From Oopsacas minuta (lineage: Eukaryota > Animalia > Porifera): a stretch of DNA of 64,000 nucleotides. Both the position numbers and the translations under genes were made by a program. A model generated the notes under the pieces. That model searched no databases and was not told the DNA's origin. It saw nothing but the letters and a program-made list of their open reading frames with translations. Positions 1-13,169 of the stretch are shown piece by piece. Location of the stretch: positions 186,001 through 250,000 of the forward strand of contig JAKMXF010000329.1 in assembly GCA_024704765.1 (NCBI GenBank), given 5' to 3'. Numbering within the stretch: position 1 is the stretch's first letter; each line of letters starts with the position of its first letter.

Positions 1-65
1 GTTGATAATGTGATTTCTCGAAAATCCGAAAAGATAACAATTACTCTATCATTTCATCATAGGTG

Positions 66-174
66 TGTCCAAGACTCGGACTTATCTGAGCCATGCCCAA
101 AATACCCCTGTATACCAAAAATCAGCCCAGGGTGTTCCGGTTTCTTCAATCAATTCTGGACATATATATATATA
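66..174 (+). repeat. Dispersed repeat fragment, homologous to ~34473-34570
   Basis: CCAAAATACCCCTGTATACCAAAAATCAGCCCAGGGTGTTCCGGTTTCTTCAATCAATTCTG aligns by eye with CCGAAATACCCCTGTATGTCAAAAATCAACCCTGGGGTCTTCCAGTTTCTTCATTCAATTCTG near 34500. Confidence 0.7.
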
Positions 175-207
175 TATATATACACATATAGATTAATTGC
201 ATTTAAT

Positions 208-788
208 AGGGGCACATGCATTAGGTCGAATTCAGTGTGTTGGCATTAGATAGAATTTTGATGGTGTCGATAGATCAAATTCTATTTTAGCTATGTTGAC
301 GATAGATCGAGTAAATTTAGCTTTAAATATCACTTTTGGAAGGCCATTTCCTATTTGGATGAACAGTGGATGCTTCCCTAAATTCTAGAATAAGCTAAAC
401 TAACGTTATAAAACCAGAAACTACAGCGATCCGACATTTTGGAAAGTTTTCTAATAATTAATCCAACAAAAGTCCATCCACATACAAGTTAGCATGGAGT
501 CCACATCTCGCCTCTGGGTAGTTAATAACGACTACAAATGAAAACTCCCGGGCCCATAAGGTAGTGAACTAAATTTTAATCCCATCCCAATGGTACGGGT
601 TTAGAATTAATACAATCAAAAGTCCTATCACGTCCTGTTTCGATAAATTCATTTTCTATATCAATCTATCTATCAAAAGTATAGCTAAATAAATTCGATC
701 TATCAACAACATCAAATTCGACCTAATGCATACATATTAAATTCGAACTAATGCCAACACACGGAATTCGGCCTAATGCAGCGCCCCT
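208..788. mobile_element. MITE with ~55-bp TIRs (MULE-like subterminal repeats)
   Basis: Left AGGGGCACATGCATTAGGTCGAATTCAGTGTGTTGGCATTAG vs reverse complement of right AGGGGCGCTGCATTAGGCCGAATTCCGTGTGTTGGCATTAG. ATTTAAT flanks both sides (201-207, 789-795); a TA TSD reading is also possible. Confidence 0.85.
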
Positions 789-867
789 ATTTAATAGTAT
801 AGATTATTCATTTTTATAGTGATTAGTAGCACTGTGTGTGTGTGTCTGTTTGTGTGTAGTCTTGAAG

Positions 868-990
868 TCGAGGAACGTGACCCCACTATTCTTATTAAGC
901 TTTAGCCTCCCCAGTATTGATTTTTCCTTTCACCCAAATTTACAGGAACGTAGCCCCCTCGAACGGCGAGGGATATCTGTAGTCCACTTC
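868..990 (+). repeat. Dispersed repeat with terminal hairpin, homologous to ~11690-11800; preceded by (GT)n-like microsatellite
   Basis: GGAACGTGACCCCACTATTCT...CAGGAACGTAGCCCCCTCGAACGGCGAGGG vs GTAACGTAACCCCACTATTCT...CAGGAACGTAATTACCCCCAATGAATGATGAGGG. Hairpin CCCTCG/CGAGGG. Possibly a Helentron-type non-autonomous element. Confidence 0.55.
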
Positions 991-3615
991 TGCCACATGT
1001 GGAACAAGTATAAAATGCAAATATGTCTGCAAGATTTGCTCTAAACAATTCATATATTCATACTGGGGTAATACTCAGGCTTAGAATTGAAAAAATGATA
1101 TCAGAATGGTTCAATCTCATTTGAATTCGATGCAATCTACGATTGAATGTTAAATTAGCTCATTAATTATTTAGTAGAATATTCATCGAATTAGGCATGG
1201 CAATATGAATCTCATAATCAAATAGGATTTACGAGTGTAAATTTGGTGGTGTGCAAGTGCTTTAGTTCTGCTGTTTTCAAGGTGATGGTACTTATATTCG
1301 AAATGTTGTTAACTTCTTAGTGCTGGAGTTCGTATATTTCAGTGGCCGGGAATTAGGGGTAAATTGTAAATTACCATTGGGGGTAATTTACAATTTTATC
1401 ATGTACGCATTTTAACAACACTTTCCAAAAATATTTATAATGGTGTCAGGCCTGTCTAGGTTCGCCCGGCGCACCCAGGGGTGCCTAATCTTTGGAAAAT
1501 ATTTATGAAGGTCAGAAATCTAGTCTTTATCATGCGCTACACCCTGTTGTTCATACTCTAGGGTCTGCAAAATTAATCCATGCAAACTTGGGTTTCGCGG
1601 GTTTCTTAACTATATATAATGCCCTACTGGGTTTACGCAGACACCTCTCTCTATAGAGTTTGTACGGAATTTTCTTCTTGTCCGAGACCAATTGCAGATA
1701 TTTATGTAAGTATTTGAGATAAAAAATGCTTAAAATTTTCCCAAGGCTGCTAATGATACTATGTATGTCAAATGCTCTTAACACAATTTTCTGCAAAATA
1801 TGTGAAAAGGCGATTCCAGAGTATCTTATGTTTTTAATGAAACTGAATTTCTTAGTTTCTAAATTATATGTCCAGGATGTTTGATTAATTCGCAACAATG
1901 TCAGACTAGCGAAGTACCAGGGGCCTCATCGTTAAACTCTGGAAATTGGACCCACCATACGGCTATGCGTCAAATATCCCCGAAGTAACCCTCCTGTGAT
2001 TCAGTTTACTTTGGTTACCCCATTTTAGCTTTTACACCGAACCCAAGTCTCTACTTATATTTAAGATTTCATTTAGTGTGAAAATCGCATTCAGGCTAAA
2101 CGATTTATTTTGCCAAGTTTGAATTCTGTTTAATTATTTACAAACACTATAAATACATAGTTATCAAACATCTCGGAATATCGAGATTTATGTTCAATAT
2201 AGCATTTCATAAATCCTTTCCTTGACAACGAACAATGGAACAATTTAATTGTATAGATTCTAAATATCTTCTAATTTAATGGGAACTAGAATATTTGATA
2301 GCATGAATTTACCGTCCTATTCAGGAAGGTTTTTGTAATAGAATTGTTTGAATAATTCCAGGGCAATTGCCATCCATAGTCCAGAATTATGATAGTGTAA
2401 CATTGTCCCTGCCGCTTGACTTATAGAATTCTATGTCTGAGTATATGAATTCCCTTAGCGACCAAAAGTATGATACCAAATTTAGTTGTATCCTGAGGGG
2501 CTAATCTGAAGCACGACATAGGCGCCGGAAATGAGAGAGTTTGCCCCTTCCTGCTTTTTATCTGGGAGTGTATACCCCTCTTAGTAAAATTGGTATACCT
2601 AATTGCCTATACTAGTCAGGGGGTTATATCCCCAGTATTCGGAAAGGACATACAAATCCCTGTCAATCAGGTACACGCTCCCTAAAAAAGGGGAGTTTCG
2701 TCGGCCATGGGCACGAGGTAAAGAGCATATAGCTCCGCGCGCTGTGATCTGGCAAGCGAGACGAACTGGTCAACCATTAAATTATACAGTATTCAACTTA
2801 ATAATTTAACGTAATACCTTCAATTTATTAAACAGTTAACTCTTACAATCTGTTATGCCTTGTTGTCATATTTTACTAATTGATAACTCTCCAAACTGCA
2901 CGATTGCCATGAGAACCGAATTTCAATTCCCATCTGATTCCAATATGATCCCTGGTAGTTGGCATAGGATTTCTTACTTGGGATTCTCATTCCAACCCTG
3001 ACAATATGATATCAGTTATTTGTCAATTATTTACAAGATTCTGCGAGATTTCTCTCGATTTATTGATTTTTCTTGTTGTTCTTGTTACATTCCATACCTA
3101 TTACAAATTTCAAGATTTTTTCTTATTGGAACCCTCAATCAATTCCGAATATGATAGATACCATTGTGTTGCAGTGTTTTATACCTACAAGATTAACATA
3201 TTCATTAGACATATCCACAGTGTATCTAAGGCATACTTGCCAACCTTAGTTAAGAAATATGAGGCACCGAGGCTACTAATTTAATTGGACATCGCGGGAC
3301 GTAGCATATTTGTATTAGGCTGGACTGCAACTTTCGGGACAATTATGGGTTTGGCAAGTTTTGGCGAAACATTGACTTGATCGGCTCTCAAGAGATATCC
3401 AAAAATTTCGGACGTCCAGCAACAAACTGAACAGTTGGCAACTATCCTTTGGTGTATTTCTTGCGATTACTTTGCCACTATTATGTTCTTTCCTGATTTC
3501 CGTTTCATTACATTATACTCTGAACTTGCTTTATAGTTATAGTAGAAATCTTCAGCATCTATTCATAATTGTGTTTTAATCAACTTACATTGATTGCTAC
3601 TTTTCCTTTATTTAG

Positions 3616-3783
3616 AAATGTTCGTCAAGATTTTGCTCTTCAGGAAGCTTTATCAATATTTGGTGCAGACTTTGACTTCAATGAATTAGAGCAGTCTCTA
3701 GAATACTCTACGGTCAATTCTGTCTTAGAGGATGATGATGTAAACTCTTCTTGTGAAGATGATGATTTATCCCTTTCACAAAG
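3616..3783 (+). CDS. SPT6: Transcription elongation factor SPT6, internal coding exon (N-terminal acidic region)
   Basis: Encodes NVRQDFALQEALSIFGADFDFNELE, matching the conserved SPT6 motif ALQEAQEIFGVDFDYDEF. Polypyrimidine+AG acceptor at 3614-3615, GT donor at 3784. Ends in phase 2, compatible with the acceptor at 15781-15782. Confidence 0.8.
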
Positions 3784-3949
3784 GTATTGATATTTTATTT
3801 CTCCATCTAGTTTTCTATAATGATTTTATATCCTTATCATTTTCTTATTCTATCTTTTCCTCCCCGTTTTCACAATTTTGCAGAATTTATATATATACAC
3901 CTGTTATGGATATAATGATTGACCATCAATCTGTACAAGCTTTAGCAGA

Positions 3950-4900
3950 CTACATTCTCCAAGGTTACTTAATTTTAAGTCCATTTTCTTCAAATTCGTT
4001 TCTCCAGTCTTCAATCTTTAGAAGGATTTTTCATTTACCTCATTGCTCAAATTTTCTGACTAGAGCTGGATCTTAGCAAAATTGCTTCATGACGATTTTC
4101 ATAGTTGGGGTAGATTTACAAACCGCGGTTACCAGTTTTATCATTTTTTTTCTCCGCCTCATTGTGACATGGAATATTTGAAATTTTATTCCGCCTTCTT
4201 CAATCCATGTTTTCAGTACCTCTTCGGTGATATCTTTTGTCAGCGGAGTTTTATTCACCGATTCTAAATCCCACTTAATAAATTCATGTGATCATTTATT
4301 GAAAATTCCAGTTGGTATTTCTAAATGCGTAGGTGGGAATTGTTTGAAAACCAATTCAATGAGCGTCTTCTATTAATATAGTTTTCAACAGCACTCTTTC
4401 TTATTTTATATCGGAGTAAACCATTCCTGTTAAATGTACATTTTAGCTGTGTGAAAAGTAACAATTTCCCTTCCTAGCTTGTTGTTGAGCAGCTTCCTCC
4501 TAGGATCTAAAAAATTGTTCATTAGTTTGTAAATGAAAACGAAGTTTTTGTGTCCAGCAATAAAATCTGAATTCATTTTCTTTGAAACCATCCAGATATG
4601 AATATCCTAAATTTTATACTTGTCGATCCATTGCTGGATCTAATAGTCAGTATGTATTGACAGACTATGTTATTTGCCTGTGTCAACCTTCTAGCATGTT
4701 GTAGAGGGCCTGGACTACGTGTCGCATGGTGATATTTCTTTTTGCTCGAACATACATACTAAATGATGCTTTTCTGGAATCTCTTTTGAGAAATATTGGC
4801 ATGATCATGTTGATCTGATTTATCAGAATTCATTAATATCTGAGATTATACTTTCATCACTATATTCTAATATTTACTCAGTTTGAATCTCTTTACTTTA
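3950..4900 (-). pseudogene. Degraded hATm-like transposase remnant
   Basis: Minus-strand motifs across frameshifts: SPGPLQHARRLTQANNIVCQY, FIKWDLESVNKTPLTKDITEE and IPCHNEAE..MIKLVTAVC. These correspond to the PG.LNHARWLT.AN, LIDW...EPPLT and PCHTQAVERC.KLVT motifs of this transposase class. Confidence 0.7.
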
Positions 4901-5127
4901 CTATTTTCTCTGCCTTTTTATTCATTCTTCCCTAGTTGTCAATTTTACCTATAATTAGTCGACTGGTACCAAGCTGATCAAGATCAAAGTCCCTTTAGAA
5001 GGTTATACTAGGAGGATTAGGAGTATAGTGACAGTCTTCATACGTTATTACAAATTGTTACTTATTCATAAACTAGGAATATTTTGCAAAATCAAACAGC
5101 GAGTGCAGTTTTAAATTTATTATGTAT

Positions 5128-8080
5128 CAGTGTTCCATCTAAGAATCGGCCGATGGAGGGCTGGCCGGCTGCGCCGCGCGACCCTCGGCCGTGTGGTTAC
5201 CAGATTCCAATATCTGTCGACCCATCAAAATGATTGATATACATTTGATTAATTGTAATGATTTCTAGTATATAATACTAATTATAAATAGTTACTGATT
5301 ACTGATACAATATTGAAATAGTGTCTGGATCAAGTGGTAAGCTGCTATTTAAATATATAATTTAATCGATTATTCTTCTTTTACTTGATCGTAGTGCTTG
5401 AACTGGTCCATCAAGATTCTTACCGATTTCAAAAGAGAGATGGCCACCTTCTTCCAAAAGCTCCATTTCAGATTCGATATCTGAATCTTCATCTTCACTG
5501 CTCTAGTCATCAGAGTCCTCGGCTACTTCGCCGTCCCTTTCTGAGTAATCACTGTAGAACTGCTCTTCAATTTTCTCAATATCAGTAGCGTGTGGAAAAC
5601 TAGCCTGGGTCCCGGATTTTGAACATTGCGACTTCGCCTAAACCGTTGTCCTCTCCATGCTCCGAGAATCTCGGAAACGGTAGACACAAGTTTGGGACGA
5701 AGACTCATAGCGGAGTTCAAGTGTTCATCGCCGAGTCGATTCCTTAGGCGAGTTTTCTACCTTGCCAACAGAGAGAAACCGCGTTCGCAATGCTACAGTC
5801 AATCCCCATGCAACCGATGATCTCAATACAGCGTTTTCCAACCTTGGAAGAGCGACTGTCGAGTTTGAAGATTAGAAGAGAGCTTGTGTATGTCATAGAT
5901 ATTTCGGTTCAGGGCCTCTTTCTGCAGTTGTTAGAACCTTCAACGAACCTTTTGGTCAGTTCAGAATCCGACATGTTGAACTCATCAAAAACTCTTATGA
6001 AAACACTCAAATGGTGCTTGAAACTGTATGTGACAAGATCTTGGTCAAACCTAAGCGAATCCCATTCCAACTCAACCCCTGTAGCACGTTCTTTTTGAAC
6101 TCGCTCCTTTAGTATAAGGAAATCGTAAATGGCTATCATTTTGCCTTCACTAACAGGAATTCGTTTATTCACAGAATTCTTTAAAGTATGGATCAAAGAT
6201 TTTACGGCGACGACGGACTTAGTTTTGGGAACATTATCAAGCAAATCAAACAACCGCCCAACACAAATCTGAATCACCAGGAACGCTTCCCAATGTGTTT
6301 GCACTGATGCTTGGAGAAACTTTGATCATGTGAACACGATGTCAATTGCTTTGCGTACTGTGTCCCATCTCACTCAGAAAATTGTCATCGGTCAAACACT
6401 TGCGAACAAAACAACCTTCCAGACTAGTTTTAACCTTGTCATTCTCGTCAATGCAGGCAACAATAGCACGATGACTGCGAATAACGGCGCGTATTGCAAG
6501 ATGTCGAGACAACCACCGACCCAGGTATTTCAACTCGAGTGAAGACATCGATCAACTTCTCGTAATGATGTCTGCGTCCTGAACTACGAGCAAACCAATT
6601 ATGGACATATTTAACAACCAACTCGATTTTGTCCGCTAATATTTTCACCACATTTGGTGCATCTTCAGACTTAGATTCAGACGATATAGAACACAATGAG
6701 CCGCAAAGATCCTGTTTTCATCACAATCTTCACCAAGGTCAGGGTTGACCTTGTAGTTGATAATACGATTCAGACGACTATGACCCCATTAACGACACCG
6801 TGCATTATACTTCAACCGTCCGATGAGACTCTTGCCAACTTAGTTATGTCTAAATCGTATCTCTTGAGAATAGAGACAACGGTCTCAACAATTTCGACTG
6901 ACTTACTGCCTTCCATACTGACAAGACCGAGGAACTTTTGCGACGCGTGGTGCTGGGTCTTTAAATAAACTACCAGTTGCTTCTGAACCCCACAATCTGT
7001 AGTCTCGTCAATTGTAATACGGAAACAATTGATATTACGAATAGCGTCCTTGATAGTTTGGAACTGCAAATTGGCGGCAGTTACCCGCCAGACGAATCCA
7101 TAATTCTTTGATTGTCAGCCAGTGGCGATTTCGACGCCATTGGACACAGTTGACGGGCGATTAGGGCGACTTTTGAAGCAGCCAATTCAAGACAACCGTC
7201 TCCAGTGCAGCATCGATGAGAGGGAGAATGGTCATATTCTCTTTCTGTTTCTTTTCTTATCATTGGCGAAGATTCTTTTCGACACCCCTAGCCAGTATCT
7301 CATGCATGGCTATCTGCGTGTCATGGTCCTTTGTTGAGTGTTCATTGCAATGAGAACGTTTACACCTTCCTTGGGGGACGGGGCATTCACGCCACTGTGA
7401 CCACAAGTTCCCCAGTTACAACTCCGGGACGCTTGGAACAAACTGAACACCTATACTTGTAATGCTTGGTGCTACCCCCGATCTTCTGGGTTTCCGACCA
7501 ATTGAGAGGCCTGAATTTTTGTGATCTTGAATTGAGGGCATGAGAGGAAGTTCAACTAAAATTTAGTAAAATCTACGTATAATGGAAAGGAGACATGTTT
7601 CCAAGTATCTAGTGTAGATATATTATTATAAGTATACTGTTATTAACATAGTAAAATATCTAGAAAGTACAAATTTAATAAATGATATAGCCTGATAACT
7701 GAGTTGCAGAAATTATGCCCCAGGCTGTAATGTAAAATGATGATGCTTTAATTCGTCTCATCATTGCAGTCAGAAAAAGGCAACCTTTTCAGTACTGGGC
7801 TACTATTACATAGTCGGCACAGTAAAATGAATATATTCATAACCTGAAAGAACATATTTATTATATGCATAATGCATATGAAATGAATTCGTGCTCATGA
7901 TTTTATATTTGTTAAGTAAAATTATTATTGAGAGTTACAACTTACAATATTCATGAATTCATGAATGGTCAAAATTTCCGGAAATAATGAATCGGTCTGT
8001 TTGCCAGAAAACACGATTCTGTCGGCCAACGGCTATGGTGATGGCTGATTCTGTCGGCCGACGCCTTAGAGGGAATACTG
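5128..8080 (-). mobile_element. hAT DNA transposon, 2953 bp, both ends present
   Basis: TIRs CAGTGTTCCATCTAAG..TCGGCCGA / CAGTATTCCCTCTAAG..TCGGCCGA; perfect 8-bp TSD TTATGTAT at 5120-5127 and 8081-8088. Confidence 0.95.
5385..7560 (-). pseudogene. ZNF862-like hAT transposase, multiple frameshifts and stops
   Basis: Consecutive minus ORF fragments: FRITIDETTDCGVQKQLVVY, SSDG, HCCLH-like, RWLSRHLAIRAV and the dimerization motif VSTVS..LGAWRGQRFRR. Confidence 0.9.
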
Positions 8081-8453
8081 TTATGTATATATGCCTGGAT
8101 ATCTTATCCTCGACATTTTGGAATCTTATTCAATCCTCTAAACTTGTTGAAAATTGATTGAAGTTGTAATATTGGCATATTCGCATCGCACTTGTCCAAA
8201 TATCATATATATCAGAAGTAACAATATTTGTAATTTCTTTTTCCATTGGATCAAATATATTTATGTGAAATTTTTCCTTTTGCATGAAAAGTAAATTGTT
8301 AACTATGAATCTTTTGAGAAAAATTCAGGTGCTGAATGTGTTATAAGTCAAATGGTGTTACAATGATTCTAGGTATTTTCGAGCCCAATTTATGAATTTA
8401 TGAGAGTTTCCTACATGAATCTTTGTACTAGTGCTTCGTTACAATAACTCAAC

Positions 8454-8936
8454 TAGAGATGCAACCGGTCGGGTCGTGTATCGGTTGGAATCTTGGCCGT
8501 CCGGCCGAGATCTCACACCATCTATTTAATCAAGTTTATGGCCATAATATTTAATCCCTACTTTCATGAAATATTATTTTCTCATTGTACTTGTATATAG
8601 TCGTGCAGTGCTCAAAAGATTAGTGCGGGAGCGCTTGTAGAAGAATATTTTAAGCTAAAATTGTTAGAACAAGGCTATTCTTCTATTACCGAAAAATATA
8701 CTTATCCATATTCGAAATATTATATACAAAAATATTTCCAAATAATATCGTCCTTCTTCGGTGTAGAATTTTACCAAAAATACCAATTTATCAAGTTTAA
8801 GTGAGGCAGCGCCGCTCCCCCTACGCTACACCCCTGCTTGTACACTTTAACAGCTGGGATTGACCGGCCGGCGGGTCAGGTCGAGTGAGGAAAATGACCG
8901 GTCAGGTCAATAAAATCTCGACCGGTTCCATCTCTG
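8454..8936. mobile_element. hAT-type MITE
   Basis: TIRs TAGAGATGCAACCGGTCG / CAGAGATGGAACCGGTCG. No clear TSD. Contains another hAT-like terminus (CCCCTACGCTACACCCCTG) near 8818-8836. Confidence 0.65.
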
Positions 8937-9053
8937 CAATTTTCAATACCTTTATTCGTGCAAAAATACACCACTTTCAATAATATAGAAATTACGTTGA
9001 TTTTTCTATCGGGTAGGTTCCCTGATCCAGTTACTTTCAGGCCTTATATAGAG

Positions 9054-9292
9054 CATCGTAAAATGGGGCTACTTTAGCCCACTGGGTTTGCTTTTGCCCA
9101 AATATTGAAGTTTTCAAGAAATTTCTACGTGATTCAGTGTATCGCTTCGAAGAGACCACACATATTAGAATATTTGATTAAAATTTGCCTGGTCATTTGA
9201 AGTTAATACGAAATCACTTCGAAATTTATTGAGAATATCAATATTTGGGCTAAACCAAACCCAGTGTACCAAAGTAGCCCCATTTTACTGTG
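9054..9292. mobile_element. MITE with ~50-bp TIRs
   Basis: GTAAAATGGGGCTACTTTAGCCCACTGGGTTTGCTTTTGCCCAAATATTGA vs reverse complement of right end GTAAAATGGGGCTACTTTGGTACACTGGGTTTGGTTTAGCCCAAATATTGA. Confidence 0.8.
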
Positions 9293-10503
9293 TGCTATGT
9301 TTATGGTATAATATTCCCACATATCACAGATGCCCAATGAATTTCAGTCAAGATCCATATATATACCTAAAGGATCAGCGGTCCGAATCTAATGCTATAA
9401 GTAAATAGTCAATAACTAATGTAATAAAAATCAGTCTCAGTTAAGTCTCTATTTAAATGAAATATTGTATAAAATAAGGTTGGCACTAACTATCTCGAAG
9501 AGTAAATACATAGAATATATTTTGTTGATAGTCAGAATTTTGAAAGGACTTTAGATGAATTCAATCCGAAGCTTGCGATCTGGAAGATTGAAGAAAGGAC
9601 CGAATCCGGACCGCGGTCCGCCAGTTGGGCGAACATCTACAAAATATTGTAATAGACACTAGTGTAAGTTGTAGACATCTAGAATAGCCGCTCTACATAT
9701 CATTGCTTAATATTCTATATACTAGCGCATCGCATGCCACATCGCTGCATGACAGCTTTACATTCCAGATTCGCTTAAGTTTACACACGGACTTCTTAGA
9801 TACATGGGCTTTCAACTTCATTTTACGATGAAATTAGCTTAGGCCGAAAACATTATAGTATAATACTTGATATACCGTATGAGCTAATGCTAGACACTTA
9901 AATATATTATTGTCGTACAGGATGTTGTATGTTTTGGAGTCCTAAGGTCATATTGGTATACCGAAAATATTTGTGGCATGTAAGTTATGCGATAGTCACA
10001 CCTTCCATATATGTCATTCTCCTTTATATCTACATCAATTCGCTTTTGACATATGAAATGCACTAATTTCACTCTTAACCTAAATAATATCCAATATAAT
10101 TGTAGAAATACATGCCATCAGTCTAGAATACCAATCTTTTAGTAGTGTGGCAATGTATTTGCTTAGTAACCACAAATTGAGCCGAATTATTTATTTATCT
10201 ATCTTAGCTGCATTGTAAAACGATAACTATGATCTTTGATCAAAATGTTGAATGAATAAATGATCTAAAACTCTTTCTCCCCAAAGTTCAAACTTGTTTG
10301 CTGGCATACTTTATTTATAGGCACCAACAGATTTGGACAAATAGTGTACATTTCGTTTTCGTTGAGTTTGAGGATCATCCCCTGAATGTTACTGGGTAAC
10401 CACATCCTGTAATACCGAAGGTATTGGTGCTGTTACATTATTTACATCACCAAGATGTCCATGAGCTTGATTATTTGTACTTAAACTGTTGCCAGCTACA
10501 CAC

Positions 10504-11965
10504 TAGGGTGCAGCAAAATTGTTGCTACTTTAATGGCCGCTGAAAGGTCATGAAAAGTTATTAATTATATAGTATTGTCTTTAAACTTTGTTTCTTTTAC
10601 TTTCACTATTTCGGCGATAATGTTGAAATCTCTGTTACTCTTTCATTCAAATCACCAACAATTGTCAATTATTCTACTTCCTATAATGCTGATATAATTT
10701 AGGATGGTTTTGGTCTAAATCCTTGACAATGAATCACTTTTTAGGGAATATCCATGATTTTCTGGGAACACTTTTGAAAATCCTGTACAAATTCTGGACT
10801 CTATATTATTTGACAAATATGTGTATAAAGCAATGTATCGATGTTAAATTAGGGATAGAAATAGCGTGAAACCTCATTTGACATTGTTACCCTTCATATT
10901 AATGACGATAAGTTCTTGTATAATTTTTTGAAAAGCAGGGCTCTCAACTCTAAAGATCTCGTCATGGAATTGCTGTAGAATCTCTGGCCTTTTTATAGAA
11001 AATTATTACTAAATTTCATATGTCACAATAAGATCGTTTGATGTTTGACGAATCTTGCGGTTTTGATGGTTTCCATGTTATTAGCCCTCGAAAAGTGAAA
11101 AGCATGGCTATGTTAAGGATTATTTTATATTATATGCATGCTGGTTCTAAAATGAGTTATGATGTTTAGTAATCTTACTATGGGGAAATTCAACAATATT
11201 TTCCGGTGCGTGGATTTCTTGTCACAAAGTTTTACTATCCTTAATATTTTATTCAAAGTGTAATTTTCTAGAATCGTCTGTATATATGTATTACTCTCCT
11301 GGATAAGTAGGAAAATTTTCGAAATCATCTACTGTTTATGAAATTATATTCAGGTAGACAACCCTCGATAATACATGATTTTTGTTTCGAGTTGTGTCAG
11401 TTTTAGAAATTTTGCAATATATATTTTGTATGCATTACTATGGCGAATATTTACTTTTCTCGATACTCATCCCACTTACATTGGACATTTGATCTAATTT
11501 AACATGTCTATTGTTTTTTTGGTATTTTAATCCCATGAAAAAGAATTTCTCTCGTAAAAATAAGCAAGATCTACCCTCTCATGTAATAACTCCGTGAATA
11601 CAATTAACCTTTTTAACCTTATAATTATTTCTTTATTATTCATTCCGATAATAATTAGTATGACTTATTGATTGTAATTTTGTAATCTAGTAACGTAACC
11701 CCACTATTCTCATTGAACTCACGTTTAGATTTCCCATTCGCGATAATTCTCAGGAACGTAATTACCCCCAATGAATGATGAGGGCTGCCTGTACTGGTAC
11801 TTTACGACTAATAAATTTCCAAGGGGTAAAATCCACGAAAATAGATGTAATTGTGAGGAGTAATTATTGGTCCGGGACATGGAAAAGTTTGAGGAGCGCT
11901 GAGCTTGATCAATCCGACATTTCTACCTATTCAGCTTAGGCAAACTAGACAATTCTGGCACCCTA
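10504..11965 (-). mobile_element. Possible second degraded hATm-like element
   Basis: Candidate TIRs TAGGGTGCAGCAAAATTG / TAGGGTGCCAGAATTG. Minus-strand IVGDLNERVTEISTL resembles the hATm VVND.AERGV motif. No TSD found. Confidence 0.35.
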
Positions 11966-12364
11966 ATCAAAGAGCTTGGTACGCTGTCATTTTTGGCTGT
12001 GCCAGAAATGATGTGCTACTTCTGCTGCTCGTTTTGAGGTTGAAGCACGTAAAATCATAAACTTGATCTAGGTTTCTGATACACAAGGATCCATTTGAAC
12101 TAGTTATTTACCGAGGACTGCATGTCAATCAATTCACTTTGGGCACAGGAAGAAAAATCATTTATGAGAATAGGACATACAACAACAATCTTGGTTTATA
12201 GGATGTTTACTCTTATTTTGGCATTCTTGGCAATGGAATTTGAACAGTTCTAGAGCATCCCAGTGAAAAGGCAAATATTTCCCGGGTTTATTTAACTTAC
12301 TATCACGTATCATCGATGTTGTTGTGTATGGACCAGACGATATACGATATTAGTCCATTTGCTA

Positions 12365-12620
12365 GTGGGTAAATAATGAGTTCTCTTAAAAGAAATATTT
12401 TATGATGTTTTCTTGATCTCTAGCATGCTTTGAACCAGAATCCACTGGATGCCACGCTGGCAACATTGAGCAACTTTATTATTAACCAAAAGTTGCTGCG
12501 TGTATCGGCTGGTATTTTTGCCGATTTTTGGTATAATGAGTTAAGGCTATATCAGAAACTGAGGCTAGTGCCATTCAAAAGCATATTTGACTGACTTTGT
12601 TATTTGCTAAGAAGCCCAAT
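12365..12620 (+). repeat. ~250-bp repeat, inverted relative to 15300-15545
   Basis: GGGTAAATAATGAGTTCTC..TTTTATGATGTTTTCTTGATCTCTA..ACGCTGGCAACATTGA..CTAGTGCCA..GACTGACTTTG aligns to the reverse complement of 15300-15545 (diverged). Confidence 0.7.
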
Positions 12621-12691
12621 TGAAAGAATACTGATTATTTTCATTTGGGAAAAGTTCATAATTGTTTGGACTATTGTCTTTTGACCATGTA

Positions 12692-12803
12692 CTAGGGCAT
12701 TCAATAAGTCTTGCGGGTGATATCATAGAATATGACACAAATACTATAAACACTAATTCACTGTATTATCTATTCAAAGTAATCCCCTCCTGCAGATACA
12801 CAA
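12692..12803 (-). mobile_element. 3' terminal fragment of the mariner family at 21413-25165
   Basis: TA|CTAGGGCATTCAATAAGTCTTGCGGGTGATATCAT...CACTAATTCACT...AAAGTAATCCCCTCCTGCAGATACACAAA matches the reconstructed right end of mariner A. Confidence 0.85.
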
Positions 12804-13169
12804 AAAAATATACAATACAAACTGCGGCGACAGCATATTATAATAATTGAATATATTCAATGTGGCACTATAAATTGGAAGCATATAAAATGTTAAATTA
12901 ATCCCAGTACATATAGTGCCTCATATTAATAGTGTCAATGCGTAGCTTGTCTCTACTAAAGATCGAAAAATATTATATTGGTTTCAGTTTCTTAAGATAC
13001 TAGTATTATTAAGTAAAAAAAATATGGTGATTATTATATGAATGAATAAGAGCATTAGTCAGAATCACAATCATCATAGTTTATCTTGCTTGCTGCCAAC
13101 TCTTTCAATAATAGCAAGACTGTAATATTTGATGGCGTAGCTTTTGCCTGTAAACGTAACCAATCAAGA

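Noticed and set aside
1551-1898. 115-aa minus ORF as a gene
   Set aside because: No recognisable motif, AT-rich low-information composition, and it lies among repeat fragments.
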